A DNA stretch of 64,000 nt from positions 1,240,001-1,304,000 of the forward strand of contig CM119378.1 in NCBI GenBank assembly GCA_051294905.1, given 5' to 3'. The translations under genes were made by a program, and so were the position numbers. Below the pieces are notes generated by a model. The model made no database searches, was not told the DNA's origin, and saw nothing but the letters and a program-made list of their open reading frames with translations. Positions 13,201 through 23,919 of this stretch are shown here, in pieces. Every line of letters starts with the position of its first letter. The stretch's first letter is position 1. The stretch comes from Botryllus schlosseri. Taxonomy: Eukaryota.

Positions 13201-16170
13201 CACCAAACAGCGGAGTTATCAAAAGTGGGTTTAACAAACTTTAACTGGTAACTGAGCAGTCAACACAATGACTCGGACTCGGACTCGAGTCATAATACGA
13301 TGCCCCGGACTCGACCCTCTGCTCGCTGACTTGGACTCGGACTTGACTCGGTGGTGAATGAAAAATGACTCGGCTTGACTCGAGTCAAAACTATAAAAGT
13401 GAAATTGACTTGTGACTCGGAGCCTTGTGACTTGGTTACAACCCTAGACATCACTACTTCTGCTTGAGTACCAACTATGATTACTTTGACCACCTCAAGC
13501 AAATTCACAACTCAGCCTTGAGAGTGTTGCCATTGCCCATCAGTATTATCATTGAAGGTTCAATGAATGAGAACGATTGTTGGTTTCATCATCTATAGTA
13601 AGATGTGATGATTTTTCAAATTATACATTTGACGGGTGGGTTGCATTTATTCTTGAGTCACTTGAGTAATTATTACTTCTTTGTATCAATTTTAAATCGA
13701 GTTGAAAGAATGTACTGGCAGGCAAAACGATCGAACATAACAAAATGCGATATCTATCGGATGAAGCTTGCTTTACTGACCACAACCTAACGAATCAAAC
13801 CCCTCCAAATGAGAACAGGTCGCCCAAGACAACAAAAAATGAACTTATAGGCCGGTGATGGATTAAAAAAGTGTTCCAGCCATTCTAGCAGCATTGCTAG
13901 CCAATAGAAATATTTATGCAGGCATGAAATATATTCTCAAACATACCGAGGTGCTGACATCAAGGTTTTTCCTGGAGGCAATTACAGTGACCGGCTGGTT
14001 ATGAGCGTCCACGGTGTCTAAGACAGAGAACGTGTTCAGATCCAGTGTTTCGACTACGATGATTTTACCATCGCACGTCCCGACCAGAATATGATTTGTG
14101 CTCACGGCGATCCCCCTTGACAGAAAGCATCGCAAGTTACATTATTATCACAATGGAAGGGAGCAGGAATTTCCCAATTAGTTGCTTTGTGATACCATTT
14201 TGGAATAAAATTACTATTCAATTACTACAATGGACAATACAGATTATGTATGTGAATGATGATTGATTAATAAACAGAGGTGGTCAGCAGGAGCATAGTC
14301 AAGGGGGCAGAATTGAAAACAACTCTACCCGCTTTTCAAGGTCGACTCCACCCCCTTTTAAAATCCCTATTAAGAGTAATCTATTTATCCCATTTTCTGA
14401 ATGCATTCGCATATTGTTTCTGCACGCTGTTGTACACCTTCTTAACTGCCTAAATCTTTAAAATTAACCATTCAACATACTTGCTAGGAAAAAATGGGCC
14501 CAGGCTAGATGGCTGCTATGACCACATCTGCTAATGAAGTGTAGTAGAACGAATAACCAGTTAAAAAAAACGAAATGGAAATGATTTGTAGCTAACACAG
14601 AATTGACCGTCTGCATCAGATCTTTTGTGTCACATCACATTCACCTGCAGTATGAATCCTTCACCTCACTGAGAACGCCACGATCCTGTGTGCTGTGCCA
14701 AAAGAGTAGAAGATTTCCCGGTTGATCGTAGATCTTAGAAAAGAATGAATTATTTACTGGAAACTGTTTGGTATCAATTCCACCTTCGGGAAAAATCTGA
14801 CCTGGAATCCTCGCGAATGTGTCACAACCAAAACAGTCTGTCGCTCCAGCCTGCACCATTTCGATCCGAACACAAGATTATTGTGCTGAGTGCCTTTTTC
14901 TTTCGCAGACACCTTGACAACAACGGAATCACTCGAATCAAAATAGATTAATAATTGTAACAATTTGAGTCAAGTAGCAAGAGGACTCAAATTTAACGCC
15001 CGTTTCCACTACGAGTTATATTATCAACGAGAAATAGTTTCGGTGTATTTTCCAAATGCAGAAGCCTAAAACCTCAATTTGTCGTATCATAGCATCCAAA
15101 CATGTAGCACAAAGCTACTCACATTGGTGAAAATAACATTTCTGTGGAGCCGTGACCAGCCAGCAACATTGTCACAGAGTCAAATAAAGGTAGGTACGGT
15201 CAGAAATATACCCAAATACCATTTGCGGCGGAACCAGGGATGTACGGTAATGACTCGAGTCGCGATTTTTTGGTGACTCGACTTGAGTCATTTTTTCAAA
15301 TGTGCAGTATGACTCGACACTAGGACAGCCAAGACACACATTGCATTGTAACTTCGAAGAATAGTTAAGTTACCCCATTATTGTTACTTCGTCTATCAGT
15401 ACTGATACTTGGAAAATAGGGCCAGAAACTGTTGACACTGAGCAAAATTACTAAATTATGAATGCAAGCCATTCTATATCACTCGAGCAGAGTTGAAAAA
15501 AGTGGGTTGAACCAGGTTGAATTGAAAACGGAACGGTGACTGGGACTCGAGTCAGAACACTATGACTCGGACTCGACACAAGCTGACTTGATTCGGTGGT
15601 GAATTGAAAATGACTCGACTGAAAACTATAAAAGTGAGATTGACTTGTGACTCGGAACTTTGCGACTTGGTTACAACCCCCTTTAGAACTAGGAATATTT
15701 TCTTTTTTTCTTTGAGGTCATATCAAAGTTACATATTTGAACTTTCCAAATCATCCATATTCTTGGCGTCATAATGAATGGTACTCAAATGCTATACTCA
15801 AAGTCTACTACTTACTCACTAATCACCAAATCTACTTCAAAATCTGCATCTACAAAAACACGATTGCAGCGACACCATTGTGCTCGTTTACAAGCAGATT
15901 GATTGAAAATAAACTAATCACATATGGTAACCTCATTCTCACCTCTTCGTACGAGAATTTGGCGTTCAGCTGATTGGTGACGTGTACATCGTGTTTGTGA
16001 ACCGTTAGGAATGACGTCGTGTTGTCTGAAGATTCACTTTTTTATTGTGATGTGGCGACTGCTATCTCTATCGTGTACGTACCTTTGCCGGACCCAGACA
16101 GGATGTCGAGATTATTAAACAGACTTGAGCAAGAAGCCTTCAAGGCGACTGGAGTCATTTTTTCATACAT
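10282..16170 (-). CDS. WDR54: WD repeat-containing protein 54 orthologue, 9 coding exons
   Basis: Exons joined by GT-AG introns in consistent phase: 16170-16083, 16025-15943, 14912-14802, 14733-14645, 14115-13947, 11656-11565, 11100-10929, 10860-10795, 10407-10282. Peptides LFNNLDIL, LVVTHSRGFQIY, RGIAV, AHNQPVT, SSDDEGTICLW, DIAAHAAAIT, SEDTFIRIWK and VAVSAYD are colinear with WDR54 as I recall it. Confidence 0.9.
11718..12620 (-). mobile_element. Non-autonomous hAT (Buster type) in a WDR54 intron
   Basis: TIR CAGTGGTTCTC, TSD CTTCAAAC/CTTTAAAC and dimerisation-domain relic FATTYLCGNGFLALVYIKT. Confidence 0.88.
12928..13445. mobile_element. hAT MITE, GACTY-repeat family
   Basis: TIR CAGGGTTGTAA / TTACAACCCT with arrays of GACTC/GACTT. 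Confidence 0.85.
14275..14530. mobile_element. Short TIR MITE
   Basis: CAGAGGTGGTCA...TGACCACATCTG with imperfect 8-bp flanks TTAATAAA/CTAATGAA. Confidence 0.55.
15235..15681. mobile_element. hAT MITE, GACTY-repeat family
   Basis: Colinear with 12928-13445. Confidence 0.82.
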
Positions 16171-16417
16171 TCTCTACAATTAGCCTGGTAATTAGCCTAC
16201 TTACTGAATCTGAGAAAAGTCACACAAAGAAAAATTCATTTTTAAATGACAAGATTCGTCATGATTGAGACCTAAGAATCCTCTGCAAATGTAAGGAGCA
16301 TTATGGGAAAACAACCATCCATATCAGAATTTCGACGGATATTGCTTTTAAAACATAAATGGGCAGATTCCGATCTGCCTCCGCACAGGTAGAAAATATC
16401 ATTTTCAATTGTCTATT

Positions 16418-16720
16418 TTATTTTGGAGATGGTTCTTTTGATTTGCTCAAAACTTCCTGCTTGTATTTGTCCCAGTGTTGTCTCCGCGTGAAATGCTTAA
16501 CCTGAAACGGAAGTGGAATATTATCGCTAGTATTGAGATGATTCGCGACCAATTTTCTCACCCAAACAGGAGGACAATCAGCAACAAACTGCTCATTGAA
16601 TTTTTTACAAATCTGTTCTTTGTCTTGAGAACTTTTATTTTCACGGACACATTCAAAATAAGCATCTCTAGATTTCCAACATTTTGCTCTTTCTTCTGCC
16701 GTTGGCGTTTCACGCACCAT
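16418..16720 (-). CDS. COA6: Cytochrome c oxidase assembly factor 6 (CX9C/CX10C CHCH protein), 2 exons
   Basis: PTAEERAKCWKSRDAYFEC...CKKFNEQFVADCPPVW|VKHFTRR is the COA6/COX6B signature. A 60-nt GTGAGA...TTTCAG intron lies at 16561-16502. Confidence 0.9.
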   Translation of the reverse strand: MVRETPTAEERAKCWKSRDAYFECVRENKSSQDKEQICKKFNEQFVADCPPVWVRKLVANHLNTSDNIPLPFQVKHFTRRQHWDKYKQEVLSKSKEPSPK

Positions 16721-17571
16721 TTTTAATTACCAACAATTAAAATCTGTAAAATATAAAATAAAGCATCCAGAACTCGCAATTTTCACATGTGTGCGAATGT
16801 TAGTTCTACTTTCAGTGCACGTTAAGTAGAAATTACTATTTTCAAAACAACCCCCACAATATTATAAGCACAGACACGTGTCAAAGTAGCAAGCAGCTCA
16901 TAGACATTCACAGTGAAATTCTCATAGTCATATTCCCGCTCACATATCCGTAGATGGGTAGCCGTCTTATTGGTAGACTTGCATCTTAAGAGTAGAAAAA
17001 TTCAATCAATCAGCCCAACAAGAAAGAGAATGGAGCCATATAATTGCATTCGCCAGCAAACTTTCTGTAATATTGTGAAAACTAAATGTAGATGACTAAC
17101 TGATAAATCATGCAATTCCAAGTAGCTAGACATAGATATCCTGTTTATATGACTTTTGGACAATGATAACATCGACTCGACATTGACATAGCGATAAATA
17201 AGTGAAGGCGTCAGAGTTTGTTTTGAAAGAAAGCCAACGTTGAAGGATTTTTTCCACAGCCCAACCTCAATCCATTGTTCAAGTAAGTTCTGATTATCTC
17301 AGTGCTAGTAAAATTGCTGTGACAGACATTCTGCCACAAGGTAGGAAAAATAGATCAATTTATGGTTAACTACAACAGCAGCTTGCTCATATTACTTGTA
17401 TAATAATTAGGGCTGAGCACAAGGATTTGACTACTCAAATCTGCATCGAGTATAAATTGCAATGATTCGAGTCGAGTAGAGTGAGATGAATTTTTCGAGT
17501 ACTGAAATTATTCGCTCTTCTTCACCAAGAGTTGTATTATAAACGAGATTTATAACCTAGTTACGATACAG

Positions 17572-18288
17572 CAGGGCCGGCCAACCCGTGGCCCGCGGGC
17601 CACATGTGGCCCGCGAGAAGGTTTTGATTGGCCCGCGAGGTAATTTCCGAAATTTCTAATATCATCAAAAATGGATTGCACAGATTTTGAGCTTGCAAGG
17701 CCAGATCTGATTAGTCTGGCCGCAATACTTGAGATGTGATGACTAAAATATCAGTTCCGACGCAATGACAGATCCATCAGCCATTTGCATATTGGTATAT
17801 CTTCGTACACTACAATAGAGCAGAATAATTTGCGATAGATTTATCAAAGGTAAAAATTTTCTACAAGCTTAGCGCAATATGTTGTCACTAGATTTCTTGT
17901 TTTTAATATTGTTGCCTTTTGTGAAAATGGAAGAACACCTAATGTATCAGATTGAGTCTAACTATATTCGCGATTACGAGACAAAGTGTCGTTCAACATA
18001 TGCGACCTTGCGTTTGCGCTCGCAGTAAGACCGTCGACTATGAAACCTAGACACGAAATGATTGACGCATGTTGGTCACAGCTTTCGATATCGATATGTC
18101 CATGCGCCGAATAGCCCAGTCCTCGCCAACTAAGCCCAGCGATATACAGCATGCCCGTAGTATAGTCAACTGACAATATTACTGACCTATGAACTTCAAA
18201 AAATTTTCGCGCTTCGCGCGGATAGTGGCCCGCGCAAAAGCTCGTCAATCGAATGTGGCCCTTTGGCCGAAAAGGTTGGCCAGCCCTG
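17572..18288. mobile_element. hAT MITE (GGCCCGCG motifs)
   Basis: TIR CAGGGCYGGCCAACC with perfect TSD CGATACAG. Confidence 0.9.
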
Positions 18289-18351
18289 CGATACAGCATC
18301 CAAAACATGTGGTACATAGCTACACGCGTTGCTGAAAACGGCACATCTATG

Positions 18352-18782
18352 CAGGGTTGTAATTGTAATGACTCGAGTCAAGATTTTGTGCATGACTGGA
18401 ACCAAGTCATAGGACTCGAGACTAGGACGGCCAAGACAGACACTTCATTGTGGCTTCAAAGAATAGTAAAGTCATCCCATTATCCCAATAGGACCAGAAA
18501 CTGTTGGGACTGAGGAAAATTACGATATTATGGATGTGATCCATGTAATAACAATCGAGCAGAGTTGAAATAGTGGATTGAACTGGATTAAACTCACAAC
18601 TAAACAGTGAACACAATGACTTGGACTCGAGACAGAGCACTACGACTCGGACTAGAACCTCTACTCACTGACTTGGACTTGACTCGATGGTGAACTGAAA
18701 TTGACTCGACTTGACTCGAGTCAAAACTATTAAAGTGAGATTGACTTGGGTCTCGGAACCTTGTGACTTGGTTACAACCCTG
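18352..18782. mobile_element. hAT MITE, GACTY-repeat family
   Basis: TIR CAGGGTTGTAA with perfect TSD CATCTATG. Confidence 0.92.
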
Positions 18783-19099
18783 CATCTATGACGCAGTGAT
18801 CAACCCATCAATTGTCACAAAGTGCAATGAAATAGGTGTAGTCGAATAAACACCATTAAGTAATCGAATGTGGTGTAGAGCTGGCATTATTTTTCATTGT
18901 GGTCCCATGAAGGTAGGCTACTATCTTCAACTTTTTACATCATCCATACCACAATGACATTTTAATGCGTGATGCCATAATACTCGACCAGAAGCAAGTA
19001 CCGTACTCGATTTTGCACAGCCCAAACGATAATACCAGTATTGAGAGGAAATTTATATACTCTGAAAATCTAAAATATTTTCAATCCCAGTCAGGGTTA

Positions 19100-19663
19100 T
19101 TATTCCAGGAGTTGCACTTTGTCAGGCGAGTCATCATAGAAGCTTGCCAATTTCTTCGCCATCCAATTAAACGGGGCGTCGACGCCGTTATTCTGTTTCG
19201 CCGAGCATTCGAAATAAATCATTCCAAGCTGTCCGGCCAATTCTTCTCCTTCTTCTGTGGTCACTTGTCTTCTTTGTTCCAAATCTGCCTTGTTTCCGAT
19301 CAACACAGACGGTATACTTTTTTCCGGGTTCAGATGTCGAGATATTTTCTGCTTCCATTTTTTACAGTTATTTAAACTTTCCAAGTCAGTAACATCAAAA
19401 ACTAAAGCAAGCAACCCAACGTCGTCCCAATGCTTTTCGCATATTTCAGAAAAAACTTCCTTCCCGGCCGAATCGAATATGAAAATGTCAACGGAGTCGT
19501 TCTTATTTCCCAGAGACATCATTTTTTGACAAACCTCCACCCCGGTAGTCATGGTGTAATTTTTCGGGAACATGGTGCCGTCGCTGTGGAACACTTGCGT
19601 GATCGCGCTTTTACCAACAGTAGAATCTCCCGCAATTAGACATTTCGCACGCAGCATTTCCAT
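19100..19663 (-). CDS. IFT27: Intraflagellar transport protein 27 (RABL4 small GTPase), intronless CDS
   Basis: MEMLRAKCLIAGDSTVGKS, FPKNYTMTTG, IFDSAGKE (IFT27-type G3 lacking the catalytic Gln), GNKADL and ECSAK. First ATG is at 19663; the ORF-track extension starts at TTG. Confidence 0.95.
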   Translation of the reverse strand: MEMLRAKCLIAGDSTVGKSAITQVFHSDGTMFPKNYTMTTGVEVCQKMMSLGNKNDSVDIFIFDSAGKEVFSEICEKHWDDVGLLALVFDVTDLESLNNCKKWKQKISRHLNPEKSIPSVLIGNKADLEQRRQVTTEEGEELAGQLGMIYFECSAKQNNGVDAPFNWMAKKLASFYDDSPDKVQLLE

Positions 19664-20467
19664 TTCGTAGTTTAAAGTAGCCCCGATAACTAAAATTTCA
19701 AACAACTAAGAACAAATAATAGTTACAGTATAAAACAGCTATGATAATATCAGTCTAAAAAAGAATGACATTTCAAAACATACGATTGATAGAATACTCA
19801 GCAGTGATAAAGATAATGAATCAGTGTACTACATTTCACAGAAAACAAGACACAGTTGATACCTATTGATACAAGAAAACATGATCTATTGTACACATAA
19901 CTAAATCACAACAAACACTATATTTATAGTTCCGATTTTATTCCAGCAAACATAACCATGCTATATGTCATTCGCGAGTTTGTGTATATGCTTGTGATAA
20001 CTACATCACAACGATTAAATTCTTTCTATATTTCAAATTTAGTGAGGTTCGCTCCTGATTGAGTCATTCAAAAAGCTTCGATTGGAATAAATTTGGCAAT
20101 ATGAGTATATTGTTTGTTGCGATATTATTAAAGTTCTGTACTTCTAAAAGCCTATGTAACTAAATCAATAGACAACAAATATTAAATCGATATGAATCAA
20201 AACCAATATCATCTTGCAAGATTATCAGAATTATATAACAGCTTCCAAGATTATAAGTGTCAATGGTGGACCACAGTTTGGGAAAGGATACATAATTTAT
20301 TAAGCACAATCAACATTTAGACGTTATGATCAAACCATCTCTGCAACATTATAATGATTCTTGGTAATATGACTAATTATTTGAATCTCATTCTATAAGT
20401 ATAAGTATAAATCACTATTTCTGAAATTTTTCCTGAAAATTCAATGCGTTAATCACCATTGTTTGTA

Positions 20468-21379
20468 TTAAAACAATACCGGAGCACCCTTCACAGATAC
20501 GGGAGAAGTATGTGCTCGCTCTTGTAGAATCGGTCGGTTCGACTGAGGGATCCAATCTTGTTGATCCGTGTTTGGTCTCGGCATGAGGTAAGAAAGATTA
20601 TCCCCTTCCTCCTCCTGCAAGCAACGTTCGATACTTTGCTGTAAGTTATCGTTGATTTTATTTCCAGCGAGGACCAGATCTCGGAGTGAGTTCGGAAAAC
20701 TTTCGAGTGTATCCAAAATGACAGAAGCGCCTTTATCGGATATTCCACATCCTTCAAAATCAACAGTTTGAAGCGAACGGTTGCCTGCCATAACCACAGA
20801 AAACAAACCAGCCACATAATCACCGATATTATTATAGTCCACGTTTAAAGTTCGAAGTTGCGAGCTAGCTGACATGGCGCAGAACAAATGCGACCAACCC
20901 ATGTCGGTAATATCTGTGTTTGCGCTTAAAGTCAGCTCACGTAATCCCCGTTTAGCTCCATCAGGCGGAAGTAGACTGGTCAGAAAATGCATCCCAGCAT
21001 CCGTGATTGCACAATCGCCAAGATCTAAACACACTAACGACGGATGCGTACACAGAGATTTAGTCAAAAGACCGAGCCCAGTATCTCCAAGAGGGGTGCC
21101 ATGCAAAAGTAAAGTCTCAAGACTTCTGTTCTGGTACATAGCATCAGCGAGCATCGCAGTGCGTTTATGATCACTGACGACGCCGAGATTCAGGTTCAGC
21201 TGCTGAATGGAATGAGATTTTCCGAAAGCTTTCATTAATTTATGGAAATCGCGGTCGTCCAACTGGCAGCCTCGCAACGAGAGTAGCTTGATGGAGTCCG
21301 CTTTTAAGCTGTCGCAAATATCACGGACTTCCGATGATGTCAGCTCTTGACCGGATATTTGCACTGAGCCTCCAATCAT
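20468..21379 (-). CDS. LRRC73: Leucine-rich repeat-containing protein 73, intronless CDS
   Basis: VQISGQELTSSEVRDIC, LLSLRGCQL, QLNLNLGVVS, LLPPDGAKRGLRELTLSAN and DYNNIGDYVAG match LRRC73. Acceptor TTTGCATAG ends 2 nt upstream of ATG 21379. Confidence 0.93.
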   Translation of the reverse strand: MIGGSVQISGQELTSSEVRDICDSLKADSIKLLSLRGCQLDDRDFHKLMKAFGKSHSIQQLNLNLGVVSDHKRTAMLADAMYQNRSLETLLLHGTPLGDTGLGLLTKSLCTHPSLVCLDLGDCAITDAGMHFLTSLLPPDGAKRGLRELTLSANTDITDMGWSHLFCAMSASSQLRTLNVDYNNIGDYVAGLFSVVMAGNRSLQTVDFEGCGISDKGASVILDTLESFPNSLRDLVLAGNKINDNLQQSIERCLQEEEGDNLSYLMPRPNTDQQDWIPQSNRPILQERAHTSPVSVKGAPVLF

Positions 21380-22082
21380 ATCTATGCAAAAGTGTACTTC
21401 TATAACCCTAGTATGTAGTAAAAATACGTTGGTGCAAAATAAAATAAAAGAGCGGTCGACAATGAGCCCAAACAAGCCCCCGACACATAGTTTCAGATTT
21501 ACAAGTGCGTTTGAATGAAAATGAATAGGAATGCAGTAAAATATAGGATTATATATTATATAGTCTTTATACGGTAACAGTTTCTGTCACTATGTAATCC
21601 AAACTGTTCAATGCCTCTGAAAATATTACTTTTGAATTGAAAATATTTAGAAACAATAGAGTAGCTCGTTGTAAGGGAAATGTATGAAGAATTATGATAT
21701 AAAATGCACACTGGTAGACTGTTGTAATAATTGTGAGGTGAGTAACGGGTGTAAGAGGTTGTAAAATGGGCATTGGGTATAACAAAGCAAAGCTCCAGAA
21801 CCATAGATAGAGAGAGAGACATTCATTTTCATCCAACGAAAGTACATCACAAAAAGCAACAACAATGTTACAGAAAAAAATCGCAAACACAGTTTTGGTA
21901 ACGGAAAGGAATGTTCTATACGAACTTAGAGATCAACTAGTCAGAAAACCGGTACACCGTCTCTAGATGAACACATTGTAAAAATATTATGAAAAAACTA
22001 AATAATTATATAATGGTAATACTAGGTAACTTATAGCAGTGATATAAAATTGGCAGCAAAGTCCATTTTCTCAAAATACGGA

Positions 22083-22551
22083 AATGACTCGACTCGAGTC
22101 TGTGTATTGACTCGATTCGGACTCGAGTCATTATGCATGACTTGAACCAAGTCATATGACTCGAGATTCAACGGCCAAGACCGACATTTCATTGTACTTT
22201 CGAAGAATAGTAAAGTAACCACACTATTGGGATTTCGTCTATTGGTACTGGTACTTGAAAAGACCAGAAACTGCTAAATGTGAGAAAAATTAGTATATTA
22301 TAAACGAGAACCATTCACTATCACCAAATAGAGTGATAAAAAGTGGGTTTAACAAGACTTTAACTGGAAACTGAGCAGTCAACACAATGACTTGGACTCG
22401 AGTCCTAATAACGTGACTCAGACTCGACTCTCTGACTTGGACTCGGACTTGACTCGGTGGTTAATTGAAATAGAGTTGACTTGACTCGAGTCAAAACTAT
22501 AAAAGTGAGATTGACTTGTGACTGCAAGCCTTGTGACTTAGTTACAACCCT
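22083..22551. mobile_element. hAT MITE, GACTY-repeat family (left end eroded)
   Basis: Colinear with 12928-13445; right end TTACAACCCT. Confidence 0.82.
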
Positions 22552-23168
22552 CCCTACCTGTGGCTGTATACAATATGCAAAAGTGATGCATCATCATAGA
22601 TTAGGCGCATTGTAGCGACTCAGCCAACGATCACTGCGAGAAGTCGAGAACTGGCACGTCTGAATGGCAATAGCGACAGCCGACAGGTGCCGAATTGAAT
22701 TCGTGCATTTGGCGAATTCACTATTCTTCCTGCTAAAACAACTTTTTACAAGTTACTTTACAAATTTATATCTCATCTAGCCCGAGTTCCCATGAAATAG
22801 AAAACATTTGGGATGCAGGGAGCTAATTACAACAAGCATCATACATGATATGAATAAATAATAAGCATCACGCATCCCCTGTCATTGATTGGATAATAAC
22901 TGCGGCTACCGCAACCAAACTTTTGGAATGCAAAGGCGTTACGCTCCATTAGGCAATAAAGATTTTGTCGTTTGGGCTATATCAGTTATTTGTACGATGC
23001 ATGGACAAATTTTGTACCCTCTAACTGCTAGAAACACATTACTTTGCATGAAATAGTTGAAAATTACTTCACCGGGTGATGCAAGTTGTCGACTGAGGGC
23101 ATAATAACGACTTGAACAACTGAGAAGTCACTGGTCACAGTCGATTGGGTTTGCAGCTTGTTGACCTT

Positions 23169-23680
23169 CTCTCCTAGCAACAGTCACGCACGAGAAAGGG
23201 CTTCCGAACTTGAGCGTGGATTTGAAAATGGATTCGGGTTTACTTTTTCTTTGTTGGGTTCGGATTTGAAAATATAATTTCCAGTAATTTGAATTCCCGT
23301 GTGGCTGTGATATCACTATCTGTCGACCAGCGTGTTCATTGATGGCTGACGCAAGGGCAGGAGCAGAGGTAATCACGATCCGGATTTGATCGATTTTGAC
23401 TTATAAATTGACTTGAAAGTCGGATTTTCCATAGATAGAAAATATCCGAGATTTTCCCACCTAAGCATGTAAACTTAGCGGCATTTTTGGGGCCATCATT
23501 TCGATTTGCAAGCGGAAGTAGAACTGTAGAAGGAATTCGGAAATCCGTTGTCTGTTTCGGAGTTGCACACCACCCTACTTCTTTCGACTCGTTTCCTCGT
23601 CCCCTAGCGACAAACAGGACCTACTGATCTATATGAACCGCCTATAATTACTAACGGATAGATGCGCATCGCGCAACTCA
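23169..23680 (-). promoter_or_regulatory. Putative promoter/first non-coding exon of LRRC73 with RFX X-box-like sites
   Basis: CpG-richer stretch with GTCCCCTAGCGAC (23599-23611), CTCTCCTAGCAAC (23169-23181), ETS-like CGGAAGT (~23513), NRF1-like TGCGCATCGCGCA (~23663) and donor-like GTGAAG/GTAATT near 23070. Confidence 0.45.
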
Positions 23681-23919
23681 GTCGTCACACCTGAATACGC
23701 AGAGTTATCTACTGTTGAGCCGGCTAAAACCACCATAATTGGTAGTCCCATAGCTGGCGATCCGAGCGCTCAGGTGTAATAAAAGTGGTCTTAATCGGAA
23801 GCTAGCGTCGCACTGATTACGAAAATACAATCCAGCAATAGCTGTCAGTCTGAAAATCGGTATTGTTCCGAACACTCGCTCGTGGAATTGGCCATTGGTC
23901 ATGTGTTACATCATTCCGA

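Larger units (their letters stand above)
17408..19024. mobile_element. hAT MITE (TAGGGCTG ends, TCGAGTA motifs) hosting two nested MITEs
   Basis: Ends match the sibling at 26075-26589. Confidence 0.75.

Noticed and set aside
12940..13440. CRISPR-like or iteron-like GACTC arrays (also CCGACT, CCATA, AAGTAG)
   Set aside because: 5-6 bp subterminal motifs inside TIR/TSD-bounded MITEs; no repeat-spacer periodicity, no cas genes, eukaryotic context.
13515..13600. C/D snoRNA candidate in a WDR54 intron (ATGATGA...CTGA on minus)
   Set aside because: No terminal stem and no recognisable rRNA guide.
23128..23376. 82-aa ORF upstream of LRRC73
   Set aside because: Non-ATG start and no recognisable homology; more likely 5' UTR.
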